The position numbers were made by a program, and so were the translations under genes. A stretch of DNA of 64,000 nt from an uncultured Clostridia bacterium (GTDB lineage Bacteria; Bacillota; Clostridia; Christensenellales; UBA1242): assembly GCA_937895935.1 (NCBI GenBank), contig CALBKX010000024.1, forward strand, positions 72,728 through 136,727, given 5' to 3'. The stretch's first letter is position 1; each line of letters begins with the position of its first letter. Below are positions 9,230 to 19,900 of this stretch, piece after piece. A model generated the notes under the pieces. It had not been told where the DNA came from. It did not search any database and was given only the letters and a program-made list of their open reading frames with translations.

Positions 9230-9310
9230 ATTTGGGTATTGAAATTTTAATAAGTATGTGCTAGAATATACTCGTAAAATAAAAAAACAAGTAAAATAAG
9301 GAGAAAACAA

Positions 9311-10669
9311 ATGGTATTAGAAGTATTAAAATACATATTAATCGTATTAGGTATTATAATTATTGGTGCTTTTATAATTTATGCTCTTGCAAGTTTAATG
9401 CTTGCTATTGTTGATCCACACGCAAAGGACAACAAAAACAACAATCAAGAAAACAATCAACCTGTTCAAAATCAACAAATTGTTTATGGACAACCTATTT
9501 TATTAAATGAAGCTACAGAACAACCTTCAAAAGATGAAGAAAAAATTGAACAGTCTGATGTTAAAGATGTTGATTTGAAAAAAGCTAAGGAAGAGGAACT
9601 TTTACTTTCTCAATCAAATAATGTTGATGACCTTAGCAAGGAAGAAGATGATTTTATAAAAGAAAAACAAAAAAATATTGAAGAAAGAATAGCTGCAAAA
9701 AAAGCGCAAGAAGAACATGAATCAGATGAAATAAACCTTGATGATATTTTTGTTGATTCTGATGATAAACAAGAAGATGTTTCTAATGAAGAAAAAGAAG
9801 ATGAAGATGACAGCGATGACAATGACGAAGATATTGAAGCATTAATTAACAGAATACTTGCTGAATCTAATGAAGAAAACACAGAAGCAGATGACGATAC
9901 ACAAGAAGAAGTTGTAGAAGAATCTGATTCAACAAATGAAGCTTCTGAAAATAAAGAACAAGAAAGCGAAGTTGTTGAAGAGAACCAAGAAGATGTTGAA
10001 GGAAATGCTGAAAATCAAGAAGAAATAATTAATGACGAATCAGCTAAACAAGATGAACGCATTAAAGCATTGGAAGAAGAACTTGCTCGTCAAAAAGAAG
10101 AGTATGAAAATAAAATAAAAGAAGTTGAAACTGCTAAGGAAAATGAAACTAATGAAAAAATTGAAGAACTTCAAAAAGAATTAGCAGAAAAAGAAAAACA
10201 ACTTTCAGAAACAGAAAATAAACCTACTGGAGCAACATTATCTCTTGAAGAATATGAAGCAAGACTTGAAGTGTTAAAAGACAGACTTGCAACAAACGAA
10301 AAAGAATTTAGAGCAGTTAAAAAAGAATACTTGCCACTTGCTAAAATTAAAAAATCTTACGAAAAAGATAAAGTTAAACTTCGTAGAAAAGAAGCATTAG
10401 TTGCAAAACAAAAAGTTGTATTATATGGTGTTAACAACTATGTAGATATTGACGAAGAAAAAGCTAAAAAACTCTCTGAGGACTTGGATTTATTAGACGG
10501 ATTAAGACTTTCAGTTCAACATTGTGAAGAAGTTTTAAAACAAAATGAAGAACGTTATCCAATTTTAGAAAATTCATACAATATTTTGTTATCAACAAAT
10601 GAAAATTTAAAAGCAGATATTGCTGAATGCACTGCTAAAATTGAAGAATTAAAATCTGAACAAGAATAA
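9311..10669 (+). CDS. Membrane-anchored, highly acidic coiled-coil protein (hypothetical)
   Basis: One N-terminal TM helix, a long D/E/N/Q-rich low-complexity region, then K/E-rich heptad-like C-terminal half. AAGGAG RBS. Confidence 0.6.
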   Translation: MVLEVLKYILIVLGIIIIGAFIIYALASLMLAIVDPHAKDNKNNNQENNQPVQNQQIVYGQPILLNEATEQPSKDEEKIEQSDVKDVDLKKAKEEELLLSQSNNVDDLSKEEDDFIKEKQKNIEERIAAKKAQEEHESDEINLDDIFVDSDDKQEDVSNEEKEDEDDSDDNDEDIEALINRILAESNEENTEADDDTQEEVVEESDSTNEASENKEQESEVVEENQEDVEGNAENQEEIINDESAKQDERIKALEEELARQKEEYENKIKEVETAKENETNEKIEELQKELAEKEKQLSETENKPTGATLSLEEYEARLEVLKDRLATNEKEFRAVKKEYLPLAKIKKSYEKDKVKLRRKEALVAKQKVVLYGVNNYVDIDEEKAKKLSEDLDLLDGLRLSVQHCEEVLKQNEERYPILENSYNILLSTNENLKADIAECTAKIEELKSEQE

Positions 10670-10725
10670 TAATGCTGTATTCTAAGGAGATTAAATATTC
10701 TTTCACTTAATTAATTAAATAAAAA

Positions 10726-10756
10726 AGCACTAAAAATAGTGCTTTTTATTTTTTTT
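10726..10756 (+). terminator. Rho-independent terminator
   Basis: AGCACT/AGTGCT hairpin followed by a T-run. Confidence 0.7.
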
Positions 10757-10956
10757 AATTGAATTATTTAATGTAGATAATTTAGATATTAATTAATTGT
10801 AACTAATTATTTGGTAATAATTTTTTTAAAAATATAAAGTTAATTAATAATGAATAACAACTTTATTTAAAAATTTTAAAATGTTTTAAAAATTACCTTT
10901 AATAATTTTTAAATTTAATTTTATTGTGATAAATTATTATTAAGAGGTTACAAAAA

Positions 10957-12402
10957 ATGAAAAAATATATTATTGGTATTGATGAAGGAACTACAAGTTG
11001 TAGAAGCATTTTATATGATATTACAAAAAATGAAATAGTTGATATTTCTAATCGTAGTTTTAAATCAACTTATCCTCAATCTGGTTGGGTAGAACAAAAT
11101 GCCGAAAAAATATATAAACTTCAATTAGAAACTATTAACGAATTAGTTGATAAAGTTAAAGCCAAAAATATAATTTGTATGGGAATTGCCAACCAAAGAG
11201 AAACAATAGTTGCTTGGAATAAAAGGACAAAAAAACCGATATATAATGCTATTGTTTGGCAGTGTAGACGAACAGCAGAACAAATAGATAATTTACCTCA
11301 AAATATTAAGGATAAAATAAAAGAAAAAACTGGATTAATTCCTGACGCATATTTTAGTGCAACTAAAATAAAATGGATTTTGGACAACGTGCCACTAGCA
11401 AAACAATTACTAAATGAAAATAATTTATGTGTTGGTACAATGGATTCATTTTTAGCGTATAAACTTACAGGAAAATTTGTAACTGATGTATCCAATGCAA
11501 GTAGAACTATGTTGTTTAATATAAACACATTGGATTATGATGATGAATTATTACAATACTTTAATATTCCTAGAAAAATTTTACCTATTATAATTTCCAA
11601 TAGTGAAAAAATTGGTGATGTTTTAGATTATGGTTTCCCGCTTAGTAGTTTAGTGGGTGACCAACAAGCTTCGCTTTTTGGTCAAGGCTGTTTTAATGAA
11701 GGAAAGGCAAAGGTAACTTATGGGACAGGTGGATTTTTACTTTTAAATATTGGCAATAAACCAATTGTTGTAGATAAACTTTTAACCACAGTTGCTTATA
11801 AAATTAAAAACAGAATTTGTTATGCGTTAGAAGGCAGTATTTATAGTGCTAGTTCAACAATAAATTTTATGAAAGATAACTTGGGTTTTTACTATAACCC
11901 CGCTGATACTGGGCCAATGGCTGAAAGTGTGAAAGATACTAATGGTGTGTATTTTGTGCCAGCATTTACTGGGCTTGGTGCTCCTTATTGGAATTCCAAT
12001 TGCCGAGCAATAATTACAGGGATTAATTTTGATACAAAAAAAGAACATATTGTGCGTGCTGGACTTGAAAGTATGGCTTATAACACGAAAGCAATTTTAG
12101 ACCAAATGGCAAAAAGTGGAGTTGTTTTAAAAAGGATAAAAGTAGATGGTGGATGTAGTAAAAACAAGTTTTTATTGCAATTTTTAGCTGATATAAATAA
12201 TATTAAAGTTGTTAAAAATAAAGAAAGTGAAGCTACAGCACTTGGTGCTATATATCTAGCTGGACTTGCACAAAAAGTGTTTACAATTGAAAAGTTAAAT
12301 AAAATAATTAAATCTAGTGCTATTTATAAATCTAAAATGAAAGATCAGGAAAGAGAAAGTTTATATAATGGCTGGATTTGTGCAGTAGAAAAATTGCTTT
12401 AG
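10957..12402 (+). CDS. glpK: Glycerol kinase (FGGY family)
   Basis: N-terminal IGIDEGTTSCR, GWVEQNAEKIY, FGGY C-terminal domain. Confidence 0.85.
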   Translation: MKKYIIGIDEGTTSCRSILYDITKNEIVDISNRSFKSTYPQSGWVEQNAEKIYKLQLETINELVDKVKAKNIICMGIANQRETIVAWNKRTKKPIYNAIVWQCRRTAEQIDNLPQNIKDKIKEKTGLIPDAYFSATKIKWILDNVPLAKQLLNENNLCVGTMDSFLAYKLTGKFVTDVSNASRTMLFNINTLDYDDELLQYFNIPRKILPIIISNSEKIGDVLDYGFPLSSLVGDQQASLFGQGCFNEGKAKVTYGTGGFLLLNIGNKPIVVDKLLTTVAYKIKNRICYALEGSIYSASSTINFMKDNLGFYYNPADTGPMAESVKDTNGVYFVPAFTGLGAPYWNSNCRAIITGINFDTKKEHIVRAGLESMAYNTKAILDQMAKSGVVLKRIKVDGGCSKNKFLLQFLADINNIKVVKNKESEATALGAIYLAGLAQKVFTIEKLNKIIKSSAIYKSKMKDQERESLYNGWICAVEKLL

Positions 12403-12420
12403 TCAAAAGGAATAAATTTA

Positions 12421-12882
12421 ATGAAAAACTTTATTTTGAAAATTATACTATGGTTTTTATATAGAGGTATTAAAGTTTTAAATGGCAGAGATAGTTTAGT
12501 TACCAGAGAAATAAAAAATCTTCCTGAAAATTTTACTATTAAAATTTCTTCTGATATTAAACATGGTAAATATGTTTGCTTTAAAATTAATTCAGGTAAA
12601 GTAGTAAAAACAAAATATGCAGATAAAATTGATTTACAAATTATTTTTAAAGACAAAAATTTAGCATATCGAGTTTTTACGGGTAAACTGAGTATTATGG
12701 AAGCATACGCAGAGCATTGTTTTATAATGCAAGGAAACATTTATATAGCCATGGGTGTAACAAGAATTTTAGAAAGAGTGGAAGGTTATTTATTTCCAAA
12801 TAAAATTAGAAAAAGATGTTTAAGTAAACCATTTAAAAGAGAAATCTCAATGTTTAAAACATATTTATTATGTTTATTTTAA
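12421..12882 (+). CDS. SCP2-like lipid-binding domain protein (hypothetical)
   Basis: C-terminal pattern FTGKLSIMEAYAEHCFIMQGNIYIAMGVTRIL resembles the SCP2 fold signature (GKL..m.A...G.l...Gn...am). Tight operon spacing. The antisense ORF 12399-12740 is rejected. Confidence 0.55.
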   Translation: MKNFILKIILWFLYRGIKVLNGRDSLVTREIKNLPENFTIKISSDIKHGKYVCFKINSGKVVKTKYADKIDLQIIFKDKNLAYRVFTGKLSIMEAYAEHCFIMQGNIYIAMGVTRILERVEGYLFPNKIRKRCLSKPFKREISMFKTYLLCLF

Positions 12883-12890
12883 GGAGTAGT

Positions 12891-14057
12891 ATGAAATATT
12901 TTGAATTTTATAATCCTGTAAAAATTTGTGCAGGAGAAAATGCAATAAATCATTTAAAATTTGAACTTTATTCTTATAATATTAAAAAGCCAATGATTTT
13001 ATCAGGGAAGAGTATTGTAAAACTTGGGACATTAAATAAAATATTAAATATCGCTGAGATAGAAAATTATTTTTTGTTTACGGATATCCCTATTGATAGT
13101 AGCACTAAAGTAGTTAATCAAATATTAGAATTGTTTAAGGAAAATAATTGTGATGGTTTGTTGGCAATTGGAGGCGGTAGTGTAATTGACACTGCAAAAG
13201 GTGTAAAAATGGCATACAATAGAACCTCAGACCTAAAACAAATTATGGGATTAGAATCTGTTGCAAAAGCAGATGAATTGCCTTTGATTGTTTTGCCAAC
13301 AACATCTGGTACTGGAAGTGAAGTTACAAATGTCGCTGTTATCAAAGATAAAGACAATAATGTAAAAATGGAATTTATTACACCTTATCTTATGCCAAAT
13401 GTAGCCATAATTGACCCTATACTAACACTTACTCTTCCACCAAAAATTACAGCAAGTACAGGTATGGACGCTCTTACACATTCTATTGAAGGATATAGTT
13501 GCTTGCAAAAAAATCCTATTTCTGATGCCTATGCTTTAAGTGCAATAAAGTTAATATTTGATAATTTAGAACTTGTTTGCCGTGACTCTAGTAATATTGA
13601 AGCAAGAACCAATATGGCAGTTGCTGCAAACCTTGCTGGGCTATGCTTTGGAAATAGTATGGTTGGAAGTGTTCATGCAATTGGTCATTCTTTAGGTGGT
13701 ATATGCAATATTAGTCATGGTGATGCTATGGCGATATTATTGCCTTATGTTATGGAGTTTAATAAACAAAAAGTAGGTTCGCTATATGCTGAAATTGCTT
13801 CAGTAATTTTTCCAAATGAGTGCTCAAATTTAAATGAAAATAAAAAATGCGACTTACTTATTTTAAAAATAACCGAATTAAAGAAAAAATTAAATGTGCT
13901 TACAGGTATGCCAATTTCTTTGACACAATGTAATGGTTATGATAAAATTAAAAAATATGAAATTGCTTTAGGAACATTAAATGATGGCGCGATTATAGTC
14001 AATCCTGTTGCAATGGATGTAAATGATATAAAAAACATTTTAGATAAAGCAGAATAG
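12891..14057 (+). CDS. Iron-containing (group III) alcohol dehydrogenase
   Basis: GGGSVIDTAKG and VHAIGHSLGG metal/NAD motifs. AAGGAG RBS before the ATG at 12891. Confidence 0.85.
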   Translation: MKYFEFYNPVKICAGENAINHLKFELYSYNIKKPMILSGKSIVKLGTLNKILNIAEIENYFLFTDIPIDSSTKVVNQILELFKENNCDGLLAIGGGSVIDTAKGVKMAYNRTSDLKQIMGLESVAKADELPLIVLPTTSGTGSEVTNVAVIKDKDNNVKMEFITPYLMPNVAIIDPILTLTLPPKITASTGMDALTHSIEGYSCLQKNPISDAYALSAIKLIFDNLELVCRDSSNIEARTNMAVAANLAGLCFGNSMVGSVHAIGHSLGGICNISHGDAMAILLPYVMEFNKQKVGSLYAEIASVIFPNECSNLNENKKCDLLILKITELKKKLNVLTGMPISLTQCNGYDKIKKYEIALGTLNDGAIIVNPVAMDVNDIKNILDKAE

Positions 14058-14065
14058 GAGGCCTT

Positions 14066-14770
14066 ATGGAATACTTTTTGTTAAGTTTAGTTGTAGTACT
14101 TACTACATTATTTATAATAGTTAGAGTAAAAACAGGTGGATTATATGGATTGTTCACAAAAATTTTAACAAGTGTTGGGTTTGTTTCTTTAGCACTCTAT
14201 TGTTCGTATGTTAAAGGCTTAACGCTAGTTTCTCTTTTCATTGTTTTAGGTTTAATATTTGGTTTAATTGGTGATATTTTACTTGACCTTAAAATCATAT
14301 ATGACCAACACAATGATGAATATTTAAATGCGGGTATGCTTAGTTTTGGAATTGGGCATTTGATGTATATGGGTGCAACGATTGTATATTCAAATAGTAT
14401 TTTTGTTCAAAATAAAGACACTTTATTTTTGGCATTAATAGGTATAGGTTTTGCAGGAATTGTTACAATTTTTATTGCTGTTTTTGGTGAAAAACTATTG
14501 AAACTAAACTTTGGTAAACATAAAATACAATCTTTGTGCTATACATTTATTTTATCTTTTATGTCTGCTTTTAGTATTGTGATAGCATTATATAAACCTA
14601 TCTTTTTAATTTTCGCTTTAGGCATGTTATTTATTTTTATCAGCGATTTGGTTTTGTCTGTGCAATATTTTGGTGAAAAAAAAGATAGCAAATTATTTAC
14701 AATACTTAATCACGCGATATACTATATTGGGCAAATTGCTATAGCATTTAGTATATTGTTTATTCTATAG
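14066..14770 (+). CDS. YhhN-family integral membrane protein (lysoplasmalogenase family)
   Basis: About 8 TM helices, with the two family motifs GLIGDILLD and FIFISDLVLS. Confidence 0.7.
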   Translation: MEYFLLSLVVVLTTLFIIVRVKTGGLYGLFTKILTSVGFVSLALYCSYVKGLTLVSLFIVLGLIFGLIGDILLDLKIIYDQHNDEYLNAGMLSFGIGHLMYMGATIVYSNSIFVQNKDTLFLALIGIGFAGIVTIFIAVFGEKLLKLNFGKHKIQSLCYTFILSFMSAFSIVIALYKPIFLIFALGMLFIFISDLVLSVQYFGEKKDSKLFTILNHAIYYIGQIAIAFSILFIL

Positions 14771-14777
14771 GAGTGGT

Positions 14778-15224
14778 ATGAAAAATATAACACTTTATAC
14801 TGATGGTGCTTGCTCAGGAAATCCGGGTGTTGGAGGCTGGGGTTGTATTTTGGATTATAATGGTAAAACAAAGGAATTATCTGGTTATAATAAAAATGCA
14901 ACAAATAATCAAATGGAAATAACTGCTGTAATTGAGGGATTAAAAGCCTTAAAAGAACCTTGCATTGTAGATATTTATAGCGATTCTGCATATGTTGTGA
15001 ATGCGTTTTTGCAAGGTTGGGTACAAAATTGGGTTAAAAACAATTGGAGAACGGCAGATAAGAAAGAAGTTAAAAATGTTGACTTATGGAAAGAGTTGCT
15101 CTTTCTATGTGAAATTCATAATGTTTCTTGGCATAAGGTAAAAGGTCATTCTGACAACGAAAAAAACAACAGATGTGATTTTTTAGCAACAAATGAAATT
15201 TCAAAATATAAATTGGGTGGATAA
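14778..15224 (+). CDS. rnhA: Ribonuclease HI
   Basis: YTDGACSGNPGVGGWG, NNQMEITAVIEGL, SDSAYV, HSDNEKNNRCD motifs. Confidence 0.9.
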   Translation: MKNITLYTDGACSGNPGVGGWGCILDYNGKTKELSGYNKNATNNQMEITAVIEGLKALKEPCIVDIYSDSAYVVNAFLQGWVQNWVKNNWRTADKKEVKNVDLWKELLFLCEIHNVSWHKVKGHSDNEKNNRCDFLATNEISKYKLGG

Positions 15225-15292
15225 ATTTAAATCTGCCTTTTTTCTTGATTTTTTTTTATTAATGAGTTAAAATTTATACGGAGTATTTTAGT

Positions 15293-16318
15293 ATGAAATT
15301 TATTTTAGATGCTTTTGGGGGAGATAATTGTCCTAATGCCATAATAGATGGTGTTGTTTTAGCACAAAAAGAATACCCAGATATTGAATTTATTATCACG
15401 GGAAATAAACAAATAATTAATGATTATATTAATGAAAAAAAATATAAAATAAACAATTTGCAAGTTGTTGATGCGCCTGAAATTATTACTTGTAATGATG
15501 TACCTACTGTGGCTATAAAAACAATGAAAAATAGTTCCTTGGTTGTTGCATTAGATATGCTTAAAAAAGATGATTCCATAGATGCCTTAATTTCAACTGG
15601 AAGCACTGGTGCGATATTGGCAGGTGGCTTTTTAAAGATCGGCAGAATAAAAGGAGTTTCTAGGCCAGCACTTTGTCCAGCACTTCCAACTAAAACAGGT
15701 GGAAATGTGTTGCTAATTGATTGTGGAGCAAATGCTGATTGCAAGCCAATTAATTTATGTCACTTTGCTATGATGGGTAGTATCTACTATAAGGAACTTT
15801 TTGGAAAAGAAAATCCAAGAGTTGCTTTGGTGTGTAATGGAACGGAAGATAGTAAAGGAAATGAATTAGTTAAATCTACTTTTCCATTAATGAAAAAACT
15901 ACCAATAAATTTTGTTGGAAATATGGAAGCGAGAGATGCACTTTCTGGCGAGTATGATGTTTTAGTATGTGATGGCTTTACTGGAAATGTTTTTTTAAAA
16001 GCGACAGAAGGTGCTGTTGGTCTTGTAATGTCAGAGCTTAAAAAATCCATAAAATCTAGTTTATTATCAAAAATAGGAGCGGTTTTATCTTTTAAGGCAT
16101 TCAAAAAAGTTAAAAAACGTTTAGATTATAACAAATATGGTGGTTCACCATTTATTGGTTGTAGTAAAACAATAATTAAATCACATGGTTCAAGTAATTC
16201 TGAAACAATTTATGCAAGTATTGTTCAGGCATATAAATATCAATCGGCAAGCATCAATGAAAAAATTGCTGAGCAAATTGTGAATCTACCAAATTTAGAG
16301 GATTTAGAAAATGATTAA
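15293..16318 (+). CDS. plsX: Phosphate acyltransferase PlsX
   Basis: MKFILDAFGGDNCP N-terminus, length, family-typical GNVFLK region. Confidence 0.9.
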   Translation: MKFILDAFGGDNCPNAIIDGVVLAQKEYPDIEFIITGNKQIINDYINEKKYKINNLQVVDAPEIITCNDVPTVAIKTMKNSSLVVALDMLKKDDSIDALISTGSTGAILAGGFLKIGRIKGVSRPALCPALPTKTGGNVLLIDCGANADCKPINLCHFAMMGSIYYKELFGKENPRVALVCNGTEDSKGNELVKSTFPLMKKLPINFVGNMEARDALSGEYDVLVCDGFTGNVFLKATEGAVGLVMSELKKSIKSSLLSKIGAVLSFKAFKKVKKRLDYNKYGGSPFIGCSKTIIKSHGSSNSETIYASIVQAYKYQSASINEKIAEQIVNLPNLEDLEND

Positions 16319-16922
16319 TATAGGCGGTTTTGATTTTAAAACTGATTTAATTAATTTTGCATTTACGCATTCTTCTTTTTCGCTTAAAAATTATGAAAGA
16401 CTAGAATTTTTAGGCGATTCTATTTTGGATTTTTTAATTGCAGATATTTTATATAAATCTGAGCAATATAAAGAAGATGAACTAACTAGGGCAAGAGCAA
16501 GTATTGTTAGCGAAGATTCTTTAAGTAAAGTATTTGACAAGTTAAATATTGAAAATAAAGTTAAACTTGGAAAAAGTTGTAATAAAGTAACAAAAGCCAT
16601 TAAATGCGATATAGTTGAAGCTATAACTGCTTGCGTTTATTTAGAGGCAAATTTAGAGGAATGTAAAAATTTTATAATTAAAAATTTTGACTTAAATGCT
16701 AGTGAGCAAAAGGACTATAAAACAAAGTTTCAGGAATATGCACAAAAACATAAATATAATTTCTGTTATGAAGTAGAAAAAACTGAAGGTCCCGCTCACG
16801 ATTTGACATTTTTTGTTAATTTAAAATTAAATGACAAAATTGTTTCATCATCATTTGCAAAAAGTAAAAGTGAAGCAGAAAAAAATTGTGCTAAAATTGC
16901 ATTAGAAAAATTAAAAAAATAG
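16311..16922 (+). CDS. rnc: Ribonuclease III (short form)
   Basis: ERLEFLGDSILD signature and a C-terminal dsRBD (SKSEAEKNCAKIALEKL). Overlaps the plsX stop by 8 nt. Confidence 0.9.
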   Translation: MINIGGFDFKTDLINFAFTHSSFSLKNYERLEFLGDSILDFLIADILYKSEQYKEDELTRARASIVSEDSLSKVFDKLNIENKVKLGKSCNKVTKAIKCDIVEAITACVYLEANLEECKNFIIKNFDLNASEQKDYKTKFQEYAQKHKYNFCYEVEKTEGPAHDLTFFVNLKLNDKIVSSSFAKSKSEAEKNCAKIALEKLKK

Positions 16923-16930
16923 GGTAAATT

Positions 16931-19900
16931 ATGAATTTTAAAAAAATAGAACTAGCAGGATTTAAGTCTTTTGCTGATAAAATTGAAATAAAATTTGATT
17001 CGGGTGTAACTGCTATTGTTGGACCAAATGGATGTGGTAAAAGTAATGTCGCTGATGCTATTAGATGGGTTTTAGGAGAGCAGAGTAGTAAAAACTTGCG
17101 TGGAACATCTATGCAAGATGTCATTTTTAATGGAACTGAAAAACGTAAAAGTTTATCTTATTGTGAGGTTACACTTACCTTTGACAACACAGACAGATAT
17201 TTTAATTATGACTTTGACGAAGTTGCAATAACTAGAAAATTATATCGTTCAGGTGAAAGCGCTTATTTAATTAATCGTAACGAATGTAGATTAAAGGATA
17301 TTATTAATCTTTTATATGACTCTGGCATTGGTAAAGATGGTTATTCTATAATAGGTCAAGGTAAAGTTGAACAAATTATATCTTCAAAACCAGAAGACAG
17401 ACGTTCAATTTTTGAAGACGCCGCTGGTATTTCAAAATTTAAATCAAGAAAAGTTGAAGCTGAGCGTAGGCTTGAAAGAACTAGAGAGAACATAGCAAGA
17501 GTTAATGATATTGTATCGGAAATTGAAAGACAAATGGGTCCGATGAAAAAACAAGCGGAAAATGCAAAAGCATACTTAGCATACAAAGACCAATTAAAAG
17601 ACCTTGAAGTAAATGCATATATCTTTCAATATGAAAACGCTAAAAATGTTAAAGACCAAATTAATTTAAAAATTAAATCAATTGTTGAAGAATTAAATCT
17701 TGAAAGTGCTAGATTAGAGGAAACTAATGCCAACTATACAAAAAGTATGGAAAGATTAAATTCAATAGACAAAGAAATTGAAAATATACATAATGAAATA
17801 TTACGTTTAACAATTGAAATAGAACAACAATCTGGTGAAATTAAAGTTATTAGAGAACGTTTAAATAACTTAAATTTACAAAAAGATAAATTAAATCTTG
17901 ATGTGTTAAATGCGAATAATGCTTTAATAAAAGATAATGCTGAACTTGAATTTAAAAAACAAAAACAGTCTGATTTGGAACAAAAAATAGGACAATTACA
18001 CTTGTCTTACGATGAAATGTCAAAAGAGTATATTTTACTTGTGGACGAATTGACAGAAAAAGAAGAAGAAGCATCATCCAACCAGCAAAAAATGATTGAT
18101 GCTATGGATAAATTGTCAGATATAAAAAGCAATTTCTCTAAATATCAAGCAGAAAAACAAATGCTTGAAGAAAATTTAAAGGAATCTAATATAAGAGTAG
18201 AAAGTGCAAAAAATTCTTATGCTTCAAAGCAAGAGGAATGTGACTTACTAACGCAAAGTTGTAAAGTATTATTTGACAAAAAAAATGAAACTGCAAAAAT
18301 TTATGCTGATAGCAAATTTAAACAAGATAGTTTGTATTCTCAAATGCGTGATATTGAAAACGACAGACATAATATTAACGTAAAATTACAGGTATATGAA
18401 AATAAAAAACGTATGCTTGAGGATATGCAAAATGCCTTTGATGGCTATCAAATTGCAGTTAAAAAATTACTTTTAGATGCTAAAAATAATGAGAAAATAA
18501 GAAGCAAAATGATGGGTGCTTTAGCAACATTAATAACGGTTCCTCAAAAATATGAAACTGCAATTGAAGTTGCTTTAGGTAATGCAGTTCAAAATATCGT
18601 TACTTTTAATGAACAAGGTGCAAAAGAATTAATTAACTATTTAAAAAGTAATCAATATGGTAGAGCAACTTTCTTACCAATAAGTTCAATTAAATCTAAA
18701 GACCTATATCATTCTGATAAAAAAGTTCTTTCAAAAAATGGTGTTTTTGGAGTTGCAAGTGAATTGATTAGTTATTCTAGTGATATAGATAATATTATTT
18801 CTAATTTACTTGGAACAACAATTGTAGTTGATAACTTAGACATAGCAATTGATGTTTCTCATAGTACAGAATTATCTTACAAAATTGTCACTTTAGATGG
18901 TGATGTTATTAATCCAGCTGGTTCTATGACGGGTGGCTCTCGTAAGCAAGAAGCAGCAAACCTTATCTCCCGTGAAAGAGAAATTCAAACGTTGAGTGTT
19001 GAAATTCAAAAATTTAAGGCTTTGTTGCTAAATAAAAATGCTTCATATGAAGAAATGCAAAAAGAACTGGAATATTTAAAAAATAATATTAATCAATTTT
19101 TAGATAATAAAAATAATGCTGAGATAGATTTTGTTAAGGAAAATGAAAAATATCAACAAGCAAAAATTTCACTTGAAGATTTGAAAGATGAAATTGAAAA
19201 TATGGATGCCACAAATGCACATATTAAGTCAAGAATTGAAGTGATTACACAAGAACTTTCTGGTATTGACCAATTAGAAGAGAAAGCGTTAAATAGCAAA
19301 ACTGAAACGTCTAAGTATATGTCAGAAAAGCAAAATTTATTTAACGAGTTACGTCAAAAACGAGAAAAACTTAGTGAGCAAATGACGCTTATAAAAATTG
19401 ATATTGCCTCAAACGAAGCAGAAAGTAGTGCATTATCAGAAGATTTAATAAGACTCAATCAAGACATAGATAAACAAAATGAAATTTTGTCTAATTTGAA
19501 TCGTGAAATAAATAACATAGATGAAACTATCGCTGAAGGCGAAAAAATGATTTCTTGCCAATTTGAAAAGGCAGAAAACACTGAAAAGAAAAAACAACTT
19601 GACGCAGTAAAAAATAAACAAGTCGCTTTGGATGCTGATAAACAAAATATTCAGGAATTAATTAAACAACTTGATACAAAAAAACAAGTATTAAATGAAA
19701 GTATAGCAAAAATCACTGATAAAAAATATTCTGAAGATTTGCATTTAAGTAAGGTCGACACAGAACTTGAAACGATGCAAGAAAAAATATATGAAGATTA
19801 TTCACTAGTATATGAAACTTGCTTGGAATTTAAGCGTCCTGACTTCGATATTTCTGTTGCAATGCCTGAAATTTACAGAATCAAAAAGGAAATCCAGAAG

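Noticed and set aside
12399-12740. 113-aa minus-strand ORF overlapping the SCP2-like gene
   Set aside because: The plus-strand ORF has an RBS, fits the operon spacing and carries an SCP2-like motif. The minus-strand ORF is isolated and antisense to the whole operon.
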